A stretch of 64,000 nucleotides of DNA, taken from Anthoceros angustus. Lineage: Eukaryota; Plantae; Anthocerotophyta. Below, piece after piece: positions 1 to 12,693 of the stretch. Position 1 is the first letter of the stretch. Each line of letters begins with the position of its first letter. The stretch lies in assembly GCA_010909165.1 (NCBI GenBank), contig MU008184.1:744001-808000 (forward strand). The letters are read 5' to 3'. Made by a program: the position numbers and the translations under genes. A model generated the notes under the pieces. It was not told the origin of the DNA. It saw only the letters and a program-made list of their open reading frames with translations, and did not search any database.

Positions 1-1379
1 AGGGGTCCGTTCAGACGTATGGAGTCAGGAATCCTCGATCGTCCTCCTCCGAGTCCGTTTGGCTTTTGCCTCCTCCCCTCGGCGCCCTTGCCGCTCCACT
101 TCGGCGGGGCCTCCGGTCCTTTCGGGCGCTCGCTCAAGCTCTCCTTCCTTGAGGAGCTCGAAATGCCCCATACATGGATCGGTATGGGGCGGCCCAGATG
201 GCGAGGCTTCTCGGTCACAGCTTGCGAGCCTCTGGCTAAGCAGGCGAAATAATCCTTCCCAGTCCGCCCTCTTTCCGGCGCTGCGGGAATACCAGTGATT
301 ATCACCAAGGTGATCCACCTTGGTGAGTAGGTTCGATGGACAATGATCGGGCCACCGCCTCGGTATCAGCAGTCGGATATCGACCAACCGTTGGTGGTCG
401 TTGCGTCGAGCCTTAGCATGCTGTGGGGCCCTATCTTCCCGCCTTGAGGGCTCGGCACCCTCCCCTCTTCCTCCTTTGGGCGGTTGTAGGCCGCCTCGGA
501 CCTCAAGGTCCATCGCCTTGGGTCCTCCGGAGGTTCTTGGACCGCACCTCCTTATTGACCGCCCGCATCTTGGCGAACTCCGGACAGTGAGTGTCAAATG
601 TCGGACCATGGAACACATCCAAATGCCACTCCTGCACCAATTCTCCACTTCCTGGGCAGGCCCAAAGTCCGGATAGCGCGGGTCACAATGTTGCGCTCCA
701 CAAGGTTCCATGGCTCCCAAACTTCCTTGGCTTTTGGGTGCCATCGCCTTCTCCTCCTTGGTTCTTGTAGCGCTTGAGAGGCTGGCAGCACGTTGCGCCT
801 TCTTCGCCGTTCGGCTCCGACCTCAGCGGTGAGCGCAGCGGCGTCTGAGTGTCCACGAGATACCGCCAGGCCGGTTGCGGGCGCAAGAGATCGCGAGTGT
901 CTCGGTGCCGTGACCTTCCTTCCGCTCCTTGGGAGTAACCGGGCGGGGCGCCTCTTCCACATCCGTGGCGAGTGCATGGCACTTACGCCTCCGCTTACTC
1001 ACGCCTTGGCGTACCTACGGCCTTCGCCGCGCGCGATCCAGCGTGAATACTGCTATAACTCTGGCAGGTCACGGTCTGGCGGTGCATGCCGTTCTCACTC
1101 GAGTTGCCCACGTGGCGTCGCTGGTCCGCTCCACGGCTCAACTCTGAGTTACTTTCAGGCGTGCCACCACAGGTCTTGGAGTGGGTCCGGACTTATCACA
1201 TTCGTGGCACCTACCATAGTAGGTCTGATGCGTTCCTCACTCGGTCCGGAGTATACTCAGTGTCTTGTCAGTGCTACCCATGCTTATTTCCCCTTTTCGC
1301 CTCATTTTATCCTTTACTCCTACAAAAAACAAACCCTACCTAATTTCTAACCCCGGGGAAGTCCGTAGACAGTCACAGT

Positions 1380-2989
1380 GAAGATGTCTGGTTGGTAGAC
1401 TGAAACCGTTGTGCATTGCGAGTGTCGGCGCATATGCGGGATAGGGTGGATGAAGTATTCGACCTTTGGGAGAAAGGTGAGCTACTAGGGCGGGGAAACA
1501 AAAAGGCGGCAAAGAGGAAAATCAAGCGTGGCGGCCTGAACTGAACCGGTGATGCGAGATCCGAATCTTATTATAAAGCCAATGCATGATGGCGGGTGTT
1601 CGAGGAATGCCTCGGGAGGCGGTGAGCGTATTATGCTATACGGAAAGTAATTCGAGGAGAGTTAAGCGTGAGCGGCATGAAGACATGGATCATAAAGGCA
1701 AAAAAGTTAAATGTGATACAAGCGACTTTACATTCGGGTTTTACGGTGTACGTCATTTGCAGAGGTTGAGAGAGAGTACCCACGGCACTCGACGACGGAT
1801 GATATCGCAAAGTTTCAACCGGTCTTCGACCACATCGTAAGTTATTCTCGTTGCTATCGGGTACTGTGGATTAGGGTGCGCGCACTTGTTTGCGCATCCC
1901 CATCAGTCAAATTTCACAATGCTTTTTGGTACTCGCGCTTTGCGGCGAAGAGTACAAAGAAAAGTCATTCGAGATAGCTTCAAAGAGCATATCAGCGCGG
2001 CAAGGCGGAAGAGGTGGAAGACCTTGAGAGAATTAGCGAGAGGAGGACAATGGCTAAACTATCACGTTCCAAGTCCCAAAAGCAAATAGAAAGTCGGTAC
2101 CAAGTAATTCGGTGATATTCGCGAAATGGCGGCTATCTTGGAAGCGGGAATACAAGCTGCTGGTTGTTGATTTGCCAAGAGGAATGTGTCGAGAATCACG
2201 GGATCGAGGAGATGACATCCGAAGATTATGAAAAAATCATGGATGGGTTCATGGCGATGTGATGCAAAACCTTTGAGTGGTATTTATGCATGGTCGGATC
2301 GGATCACGGGGCGTTGAATGCGCTTCGTAAATGGTGTGCACGCGGAGGTGTGTATACCATGGTGTGGGAGAAAGATAATTTGATTGCGGATGAAGGTCTA
2401 TATGAGAATTGCGAGTACTTTACAGTAGGGTATGGTGTCCACCCTACCGTCGAAGATATGAGGAAATGCGGTCTGGCAGCATCGGGGAGATTAGAGCCAT
2501 GCAGCTTTCATTGAACCAGTCGTGAAGAAACTTGAATGTGTCAAGCGATGGACATGTTGTAAACCCTTACGAGAAACCAATAGGGCTTATGGTTACGCTT
2601 TATGACCTTTTCACGGAGAGGAGTGGGTAATAGATGGGTGCTCCGGGAGCGGCAGTGGTATATTGGCAGCATTATTGGAAGGCCGCAATTGCATCGCCAT
2701 CGACCAGGAGCAAAGGAGCACCATTTTCATTGATCAACGGATAATAGGGCATGAGGTTTTCCCCAGTGATGAGGAAGAACTGACAACCAAACCACATAAG
2801 CGAGGGCATCCGGTTTTTTTCGCAAAGGAGTTAGCAGGCGGAAGGTCTATCAAGTCGAGAGCGTCGTTTCTTCATTTAACTCATGGCACTTCCACTCCCA
2901 TCGATCTTCAGGATTTGAGTCAATCCGGGGACCACGAGAAGAAAGGAAAGCAACAGAAAGGATCAAAACACCAGAAGAAGCGTCGATGA
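1380..2989 (+). pseudogene. Frameshifted beta-class amino-DNA methyltransferase (N6_N4_Mtase-like) with upstream helical domain; homologue A, 5'-truncated
   Basis: Read across frames: VDEVFDLWEKGEL (~1445), AIRKVIRGELSVSGM (~1630), SFAEVEREYP (~1760), motif IV-like YKLLVVDLPRG (2151-2183), VYTMVWEKDN...CEYFTVGY, motif X NPYEKPIGLM (~2560-2590), and motif I EWVIDGCSGSGSGILAALLEGRNCIAID (2621-2703). The motif order is IV...X-I. Every block is colinear with the gene at 44.8-49.6 kb. Confidence 0.85.
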
Positions 2990-3478
2990 GCAAGAAACAG
3001 CCCTAGCGGTGAAAGATCCCACAGGACATTCGGCATTCTGAGACGTTGGCATGGGCGGATCTATAGGGCAAACCCAACACATCAAATTCTTGATTGTGAT
3101 CCTCGCCTCTGATCTATCAGCGATGACATTATTGTCCGAGATCGAAACACAAGCGTTTGAGAGTTGCACGATTGAGAATGTGAACATAAATTAGGGTTTG
3201 GCGGTGCGGGCGCACATGTTTGCGCCTGAAATGTAATATTTTCACGATATACACAAGTCCACAAGGTGGACTACGGTTTCATCTTTGTCATTATTATTGT
3301 GCATTTCAATAACACACATTATGTGAAAGCAAGCGCTTCTTCGTTATAGGAAAACACGAGGGTTTGCTACAGAATAGCCGATTTGTGTTCGGATTTTGCA
3401 TGGCGCAAAAAGGGGTCCATCCTTAGACATGTGCAAGAAGGGGTTACTGGAGAAACCCCTTTCTACCCAGACGCTGTT

Positions 3479-3574
3479 CCTTATGGTTGTAACAGCCTAT
3501 ATAAAGGCTTTGCACTTTCAATTTCATAAGCAATGAAAACATCTTTTGCTGAGAGCAAGGCGTGATTTTCATCA
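3479..3574 (+). repeat. 3' part (TATA/R/U5) of a Copia 5' LTR
   Basis: Ends in ...TTTTCATCA directly before a tRNA-iMet PBS, contains CCTATATAAAGG, and closely matches 55730-55829. The 5' boundary is not resolved. Confidence 0.75.
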
Positions 3575-3586
3575 TGGTATCAGAGC
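3575..3586 (+). promoter_or_regulatory. Primer-binding site (tRNA-iMet) of the Copia element
   Basis: TGGTATCAGAGC immediately after the LTR-terminal CA. Confidence 0.9.
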
Positions 3587-3978
3587 ACGTTGCTCTCCAT
3601 TTTGTGCGTGCGCAGTTTCAAGCATTTAAGGAGCTTATCTAGGAGACACTTTCCAATCTAGCACCTAGCTAGATGGATTGTGTGCATCTTAGAATTGCTG
3701 CTCTTTTATGTTTTCTTCTCATGCTAACATTTCTTTTCTAACAATGCTTTTATGCACTAATTCCTTGTCCTCCCTCCATGGAAGTGTTTTTCCTTAGAAG
3801 GAGGTGGCCTAGAATTAGGAAAAGAGATTGCCCTGCAAGACAACAAGAATAAGTTAGGAACAAGAACATTAGAAGCAATAGAAGTCCACACATCATTGCA
3901 GGAGAAATAGAAGAAACATCATCCTGCATAGCTAACTTCATTGCATCCATTCTAATTTCTAAATCAGATCAAGGGAAG

Positions 3979-5190
3979 TTGATTAATCTAGCTAGACGTG
4001 ATTTGCTAGAAGTTCTTAGCCCAATCCACGTCAAAGCCTTAGAGCTAGCACTCCAACACATCCCGAATTTGACAACTGGTACTAACTCTCCTAAACCTTC
4101 TAGTCGGCAAGGCCAAGACATAGAAACTCATAAAATTGACAACCTAGATAGACAACTATCATTTCTTAGAATCCAACATCTTGATTTCAAGGGAGAGCTA
4201 GCTGAACTAAGGACAAAGGTGTCCATCCTCTCTAAGTTCCAAGCTGTGCAGGAATTTAAGAGTAGGTCGTCATCTCCTGATGCAAGTTATTACGCAAGGG
4301 AGGAGTTTCTAGCATGCAATAGAGAAGAAGAACAGCTGTATCGCCGAGGCTTAGTCCTCTAGATACTTTGCTTCTATGGAGTAGTTAACGAAGAAGTACC
4401 AGTGTCACCACACACACCCAGAATGGATCCTCCTAGAAATACTAATCATACTTTGATTAATCATTATGGTGACAGCTTTAAAGAGAAGGACAGGTTCAAT
4501 GGAAAGAATTATTATGTTTGGGCTATACGGATGAAAGGAGCCTTACGACAACGAGATCTCTGGGAGATAGTCGAAGGAAGACTTCCCTGACCCACTGAAA
4601 GATTTGAAGCGCACCTTCCAAGCTCCTGGGACGTCAGGGACGAGAAGGCGCAAGATCTTATCATCAATGGACTTTCGGAGCAGATGGTGATACAAGTAGG
4701 TCATGCAAAGACCTCCCACGACATGTGGGCTCACCTTGCTCAACTCTACTCCTCAATGGATGTTATGAGTATCGTTGCCGCCTCCCATAATTTCCGCAAC
4801 CTTCAAATGAAGGAGTCTGATTCCATTGAATATCATATAAGTGCTTTTCGACTGGCGAGATCTCAACTTGAAGCTGCAAGTGGCATCCTTGTCCATGAGT
4901 TGGAAGCAAATGTTATCCTTCTATCTTCTTTGCCGCCGTCTTATAGAGCTTTTGTCACGACTCAAAATGTTGTCTTGCGTAATGCAAGAAGGGAGGCAGA
5001 TGAGAATCCACTTGGAGACATTAAGCTCAGCATCGCCGAACTCATAGGAGCGTTGATGCAAGAGGAATCAAGTCGGCGACACTCCAGAGCCAATAAGCGG
5101 TGATGTTCCTTTGGAAGGGAGCAGCGGAAGAGAGGCAGGCGGGGTTACTTCCAGCGACCCCATTCCAATGACAACTCTCGAGGCGAGAAC
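3979..5190 (+). pseudogene. gag: Ty1/Copia gag (UBN2/Retrotran_gag_2-type) with an N-terminal extension, interrupted by in-frame stops
   Basis: RFNGKNYYVWAIRMKGALRQRDLWEIVEG; DEKAQDLIINGLSEQMV; DMWAHLAQLY; LLSSLPPSYRAFVT. The ORFs starting at 3979, 4402 and 4684 are in one frame, separated by stops at 4360 and 4588. Confidence 0.85.
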
Positions 5191-5389
5191 CTTCTTCTTC
5201 TTCAACACCTATAAAACAGTGTTTCTCAGCATAGGGGTTTGTCTCCGAACCCCATTTTGGCCCTAACCATCCCGAAATGCACATGTCTCATTTCATTGTT
5301 TAGTGATTTTGAACCACGCCCATGCATCCAAGGCCCAAAAGAAGACCCTAATGTGCAAATCCGCTAAATGCGGACACCTTTGTACCAAG

Positions 5390-8300
5390 TGTGGGAGGAA
5401 AACCGGAGGCTTAGGATTCACCCTCTAGTGGCCACATTATCCAGCCGCTAAATATAGGTTTAGGTCCCATGAGACTCTTGTTTGTCGGTCACCCGGCATC
5501 AAGGCACAAACCACCGCCTCTTCCACCCCCAAGCTCCCTCACACAGTGGAGCAACTTCAACTCACTCCACAGCGGCCACGCCTCACCATCTTGCTCGTCA
5601 ATCACGCTTCTAGACCTACAACGACACCCTCGACTATGGGTCCACACCGGCGGTAGGTCGGTGACTACGCGTGGGACCCCCTACAGCGACTTCACCACCC
5701 GTGATCGTCCACTATTCCTTTCCCATCGCCTTCCCACAATTGGCACCCTCAACCACCAACTCGGCGGCGGCGCGCCACTCGCCTTTGCTCGTGAATCACC
5801 ACTCCACTGGACCTACAACGACATCCCTCGGTCGTGGGTCCACGTGTAGGTCCTCTCGCACGTAGGGACCCCCTACGGTAGCGCGACTTCTCCACCCGTG
5901 ATTTTGAGACCTTAGCTTCGGTCTCGGTTTGGTGCGATTTGGGACCCTCCCTTAGGCTCGACTTGGGCCTTCTTCTTACTCTAATCTCTACCTACTCCTC
6001 TACTCAACATTCAGCTCCACATTCTCCTCAACACTCACCTCAACTCAACTCCTCATCCTCCTAATCTAACCTTACTTCAAGCTCAGCCCTAGCTCGCCCT
6101 TCACAAGCTGCACAGGGTGCCTACAAGCCAACAAGTTCTTCCTTGGGCGGGGTTGCTATGAGTTTGCAGACGGAGAACCTCCGAGTCTTTCCTGTAGTCT
6201 ACCCTCAAGCCGAGTTCCTTGGGCATCGCCACACACCCAAGCAAAGCAATTTCACGAACCATTCACAAGGGAGCAACTGCGGGCGCCCGCAAGGGCAGCC
6301 CTCCGCCAAGCACTCCGACCACAACTCCTCTCTACGGACCTTCGTTAGCTTGCGGCGCACGAACTTCCTTCACAAGGAGCAAAGGACTCGCGAGTTTGGG
6401 AGCGCAAGACCGATAATTTTACTTCACAAGCTCCCTCCTTTTATAGGGAGGTCCTCACCACCTCCCACAGCGCGCCCTCAGCCGCCTCACTCCTTATTTT
6501 TAGTGTATCCTAGCCGGACTTTAAGTTCGACATCCAAGCATCTTGGGTAAAATTCTATTCTAGCAACTTCACCTATGTGAGCCTTAATGGCTCTGTCAAC
6601 ATTCCTATCCATCTAGCTAGTCAACACACCCTCTTGGGTTGACAAGCATTCTGTCCTCCTCTAAAGAAAGTCTCCCCAAGCAATGAGCCCACGCTCCAAG
6701 CTACCACCTCTTCAATTACCTCTAGATGTCGCTCGCTGGTGATCCCTACGGATGTGGGGCCACCCTCTACACCTCCTACGGACGTAGGGTCAACTTCTTA
6801 TGGCCCTACGCCTCCACTCTCCTTTGCAAGAAGGTCTCCCGTGGCGGATCTTGCTCCATGCCTTCCTCTTCCTCCTCCAGTCATCCTCTCGGCCTTCCAT
6901 ATACAGCCGGATGTGTTGGGCTCTTCTCCACGGCTCCCTCGGTTTCTCGCACAATTGCAGCTCTTCTTCGCCACACAAAATCCACCAAGAGAGCAACTTC
7001 TTTTCCACCCTCTTCACTCCCCCAGTCCCAAACTTGATGTCCTCACCCTCCTGACTCCTATGCTTCAAATCCCTCACTTGCAAGGTCCTAGGCACAAAAT
7101 TCAGCCTTGCCCTCTTCACGGTTGTGCTTCAAATCCCACAACTCCTTCTGCGCACACCTCCTTCTCCTTGCACACACGGGCTCGCGTTCCCACCAAGTCC
7201 CTCTAGCTTTCCTGCATGCATGGCTCTTGGATTCCTCATGAGCTTCCTAGGTGCCACTCCCTACGCTTGCATGGCCACACCTACCTCACATATTTATGTA
7301 TTATTATTCCTAGGCCTCTTTAACAACTTCCTATGGCAAGCTGCCCGTGGGAGACCTCACCACTCCTACAGTGGGAGACACTCTCCTCCTACCCATCTAC
7401 CTACCTAACTAATGCCGTAGGGAGCACTCTACCCTACATCCTACCCATGTGGGGCCACCTGGTCACCCTACATACTACCCCGCATCTCTATCCCTACTTG
7501 TTCCCTACATCGGTAGGGGCAGTGCGTGGACACGCACCGTCCTACCCATACATGACACATGTACATACATGAGTGCACCTCCTTCTGCTCCTAGGTGCCT
7601 CCCTACACTCCAGTAGGGTGCACCTCCCTCCTACGTGGGAGTGCCATGCCCCTCGTCCACTACCATCCTACACTTCCACTCGTTCTCTACCCTACGTACC
7701 ACTTTTGACACCCTATACCTCAGCTGTCCATGTAGGAGCCCCTCCATTCTTGTAGGGCCAACTATCACCCTACACCTACCCACAGGGCTCTCATGTGACT
7801 TCACAAATATAATAAGTTGAAACACCTCACACAAAAGGTGCCCCATCCGATCCACCCTAGGACGCTTAACTTTGGAGTTCTTACACTTCATTGTCCAACA
7901 CACCAAATTGGCTTGCACAACACTCATGAATAAAATGAACTTATTCCCGTGAACTCCTCACCTCAACAACATCTCGTATCAACCCTCCTTGCTACCCATT
8001 TCTCCTCGCGGCCACCACGGCCTCCCTTCACTTTGACTTGCATGCAGAATTCCGCCGTCATGATGCACACCCGTTGTGATCCCTTCACCATGTTGCGGCC
8101 ACACCACGCCTTCCTATGGTTTGGCCACACCTCCATCTTGCAGCCCGGCTACAAATTCAACTGCCGTGAGTGCTCTACCACGGCCTTTCCTAGTTCAACA
8201 ACGCCATCCTCACATCGTGACTCCATTGAGAGCACTTCCATGTGCCTCGGCACATGGCCTCCTCTTGCAACCCTTGTGGCTGCTCACCTCAACATGAGCT

Positions 8301-9002
8301 CCTCGCTCCCATCCTTGCACCAATTCTGCTCCTCTCTCGCTTGAGCTCCCAACCTAGAGCCCCGGATCTGCACAATTCCACCATTACGGGCACTTGGCCC
8401 ATCTTCCTACAACCCTTGCCACATCTCTACCTAGCAGTCCTCCTTCGCAAAATCTCAGCAATGAGCACGCCCATGTCTCACTTCTTCCACACATGTGGCA
8501 AATTACTTTGCCTTCCTCAAACTTGGTGGTGGTCCCCAATAATCAGGCCTTTGCCTCTGCAAGCCTATCAATTTGTAGGCAACCTCAAGCTACTTCCTTG
8601 GCTTAATTGCCTTCACCCTTTCCTACCGTGGTAGGAGCTACTCCTGTGGGTGGGTCATCAAAAGCTAGCTGGGCGCTTACCTCGGTGGGACATTCTCCTA
8701 CCCATACCTACGGGGTAGGAGTTCTCTCCCTTAGCCTACCGTGGTAGGAGTTTCTCCTGTGGTAGGATACCTCCTGCAGTGGGACATCTCACCGTTCACA
8801 TGTCTCCTACCCTCCTCACTAGAAGGTCATTTGATCCGTTTCTTTTCCCTAAGTATCCTCTGCCTTCCCGGCATCCCTGACTCCGGCTTCAATCGGAACA
8901 AAAACATTTCTCGCATGTTTCCACCAAACCATTTCTATCAAAAGCATTCGGACTGTTCAAAAACAACTCACTTAAACCGGTTGCCCAAACTTTTGCGTTC
9001 CA
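5390..9002 (-). repeat. 3' LTR of family X copy 1 (~3.6 kb)
   Basis: Colinear with 12694-17356 and preceded on the minus strand by the PPT. Confidence 0.85.
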
Positions 9003-9015
9003 TACTCCCCTCCTC
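9003..9015 (-). promoter_or_regulatory. Polypurine tract of family X
   Basis: Minus strand reads GAGGAGGGGAGTA, abutting the LTR start. Confidence 0.75.
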
Positions 9016-10599
9016 ACTGTTTGCGTCCTGAAAACAACCTGGTACTCCACCTTCCACCCATTCATCTGGTAGCAAATCATCATGTTAGATTCCCACACGT
9101 CCTTTCACATACCATCCCCCACCTCTCCATCTCTTCATGTTGTAAGACATCTTCAAATTCAAGCCTATCCTAAATGTGCCTTAGATCTCCCAAGCCTCCC
9201 CTTTTCCTCATCCTTGAAACTTCAAAAGCTTGCAATTCCTCTCTTCAAGGCTTTGGTCATCCTCCTTCCTCAAGATGTCCACTTCAATCCTAATTCCTCC
9301 TCAAATTCTTCCAACTTCCTTCAAGTGACTCTCTCCACCTGTTCTTGCCGTCTTCCATCTCCAATCTTGAGCATGTCCCTACTCGAGACCATCATACGCG
9401 CTTCCACACCGCCATGTGGGAGTCCCTCATGATTTCCGTTTTCTCTTCTCCTTGCCAACTTGGCCTCCACTTGCAGCCCTCTTGACTGCTCACCCTTTCT
9501 CCTCGCTCGATCCCCAATTCATTAGGTTGCGGCATCTCAGCACAAAACTCCTTCACGGATCCTTGGCTTTCTAACGGCATCAAGACTTGCTCTTGACCTC
9601 TAGGCCAGCCACGCCTTGCTTGTTTCCATCTAGCTTGTTCACCGGTGGATGTTGGTGCTGGCCACAACCCGCCTTCAACTCGGCTCACAAAACTAGCTTC
9701 TCCTGCGTCGATCTGCGGGCATCAGTACTGGTCGTGGACTGTGCATCATCAGTACACCATCTCCCGACCTTCTAGACTCATGTCTAGCCCTAGATCTCTA
9801 GCGATCTCCTTACGTTGCTGCGGTTTCGGCAGCAATTCCTCGACCGTGAATTGGTCGGCCTCCTTCTTGCAATTCCCTGCAAGCATATCTTGAGGTGTGA
9901 TTTCTCCACAATCCTCCTTCATACACATCACCATAGAGCCATCCTCGCTCCTGGGCTCTAGCGCACAGCTCCTCGGACACCATTTTGTGTGCCACTTCTC
10001 CTTCCTCCAAATTGTGATTTCTTGATTTCTCCATCATCCTTGCCACCATCGTGGCGCTTCTCACCAGCAAGCAGCGTCGTTGCCACGCGGCATGCTCAAC
10101 CTCATTCACAAAACCGTTTCCTCCTGTTTTGCCAATCAAGTTTTAGCTTGGTCGTTGGCAAGCTCCCCAACCAAGTTCCGATTTCCTCCCCTTCTTGTTG
10201 GCCTAGCCTCATGTCCAGGTCAGATTGCGCTCCCATGGCGACCTCCTCGCCTTGCTGCACCTCCATGGTCGAATTTTGAGTGATTGCCCGGATCGCCAAC
10301 TCTCCTTCTGCGGTTTACTCAAACTTTTCATGAAGCGCATCTCCTCCTTCGCCCTCTGGCGTGTCCACCTCCCTAGGGCCTTCTCCTCCTCGCGGCCTCA
10401 TGGCGCCTGGCCCGACCTGCCAAGTGGGGCGCCTTCCTGTTCAAAAGCGGTGCTCTCATGTCGTTTTGCTTCTTTCTTTGCCATCGTGATGGCCTCCACT
10501 TGCAGCCTCCTGTGCTCACCCTTGAGAGCATTTCAGCCTCCTCCTCGCGCCCATGCTGGCGCCCTCTTATCCTCTCGGTTCCAGTTGTCCTGCTGCAAC

Positions 10600-12000
10600 T
10601 TTTCACAACTCCCTTCTTGCTCATTTGGCCTCTCTGCTGGCAACAAGGCTTGCTGATCAATCCTTAGGCCGTCTACAACATGCTCACGTCCTCCCCTTGA
10701 CCCGTGGCAACCAACTCCTCGTCGAAATCGGTCATCTGGCCTCAAGTCGCTCTCCGGTTTTGATCGAAAAATGAAAACCCATTCTCATGCTCTTCCGCAC
10801 CTTCTTAAACTCTACCATCTCCTCTACACCTAGGTACTTAGAAATCCTTGCTACCTTACCACATTCTAGCTCTCGTCTTCTATGGCATCATACATTCCCT
10901 CTAACTTCTCGAACTTTTATCAAGAAAGGTCACTCCTTGGCGGACGTGGTGGTACTCTCTTGAAGTAACCATAAATCCCTCTACATAATCATACAAAGAC
11001 TCCCCTCTTCCTTGAGTTCTCGACCAACATGTGATCTCGTTTCTTCTCCCCAAATCTCACATCTTTGTGGTGTGGGGTGGGACTCCCACCACCTCACTTC
11101 CTCCTATCATGGTCAAGGGCGTCCACAAAACTTCACACCTCCCAATTCCACCGCAATATTGGCGGTAAACAAATCTGCACAAGCGGGATGTACTATACAG
11201 ACTTGGGCACACAAGCGCCTCGTCCTCCTAACAAGCAAGGTTGAAAGGGCAGCAAGATGGGCAATAATTCGATCAAGACCTTGAAATCGCCATTAGATCT
11301 CATACCCCAACTTCTCCCGCCAAATCTCACCCTCTTGCCTTCCTCCTCTTGACGACAACTCGAGCTAGAAGAGCTCAACAATCCCACGAAAAAGTCCTCC
11401 TCTTGCGAGCGGAAGATGTACCTTGAAATTACTAACTGGCTCAGTTCTTGACCCTCACCCTTGATCGGCAACTCCTCGGCAACAACCTCCTTCCTCTTGT
11501 TGTCCGTGAGCACAACCTCCTCCTCTTAGACAACTACCTCTTCTTCCTCAACGGAACCCTTGAAAATGTTAGCACATGTAGCTTCCTCTGCAAGAGTTCT
11601 CTCCTCCGCTTCTTCCTTTGCACATCAGCAACTAAGCTTTCTTCATGCACATGATTTCTCCATTCAGTTCACAAATCCCTTGCAGACAAGATGGGGTGAT
11701 CTCCTCTCAACTCCTACACAAAAATTACTTCCTCCCTCCCGACTAGACTTCAAGCACGCTCACACCCCTCAACACACAACTATCCAAACAAAAATCCCCT
11801 CCTACTCTGTTCCACTCATGTTGCTTGGTCCGGATGAGCTAGGCGAACTCACACTCCCTTCCTCTCCTGCAGTAAATTCTCCAACCAAAGTTCTCTGCGA
11901 AAGGGTGTCACCGCACAAAGATTGGGGACGGTTGTGGGATGGTGTCTCCCTAGGTGTGCGTCCCAAGGCTGTGAGCTGGCGGTGATTCTATCAAGGTGCT
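10600..12000 (-). pseudogene. Degenerate gag-like region of family X
   Basis: Fragmented minus-strand frames including EEVRWWESHP (~11070-11100), which resembles the Gypsy Gag A-x-x-W-W motif. Its position downstream of the PBS fits gag. Confidence 0.4.
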
Positions 12001-12676
12001 CCAAGATCTTGAGACCACGCCTAAAATTCCCCACTGCTCACCCCACCTTCTTCACTTTCTGTTTCGCTGGAAGTTGAGCTAGATCCACCACTCCTGAAGG
12101 TCCAGCGTTGAGAAGGCCCAGTGCTGGTAGCTGAATTTGAATCGCACTCAAGAAATGGTGCCTCCTCCTCGCTTTCCTCTTCATACACCAACTCCTCTTC
12201 AACCACCTCCTTTGTTTATTTGTTAGTGATTTCACGTCCCCTTCTCGAGTTTTCTTCATCTTGGCTCCCCTTGCAGGCAAGGGCAAAAAGCAACCTCCTC
12301 CTCGGCGCCCTTGTCTCCTCCTCCTCCACGAGGCGCCGTGCAACCAGCGTTTTCCTCCCTCAATTGATTTCTTGCGGCTCTTAGATCTCTTGCGATGGCG
12401 GTGGGGTGACCTCCTACTTTCTCCTCTCCCTCCCTCTGGACATGCAAGCATCCTCATAGCCTCCAAAACACGATGGTCAAAGAAAAATCAGCCAACTCCA
12501 CGCACGCCATTCTTGCTGAGAACACAAATCACACCATTCGGGCGTGGAGCTCCTCCTTCACAACGCAGGTTCCGGACGTGAGGCTTCTTCCTAGACCCCG
12601 CTCCACCTCCTTACAAGATCTTCTCGGCTCATCGCAAGCTAGCAACGAAAATCTCAAAATTTCAACGTTCAAACAA

Positions 12677-12689
12677 GTCCCGAGCGCCA
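12677..12689 (-). promoter_or_regulatory. Putative PBS of family X
   Basis: Minus strand reads ...CCTCCCACA TTTT TGGCGCTCGGGAC. The cognate tRNA is not assigned. Confidence 0.7.
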
Positions 12690-12693
12690 AAAA

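Noticed and set aside
1-1350. ORFs 25-744 (-) and 793-1350 (+) as genes
   Set aside because: No recognisable motif was found; this is probably decayed TE sequence that cannot be classified from the window.
3750-3950. Hydrophobic minus-strand ORF as a secreted peptide
   Set aside because: It is short, lies antisense in the Copia leader, and has no supporting features.
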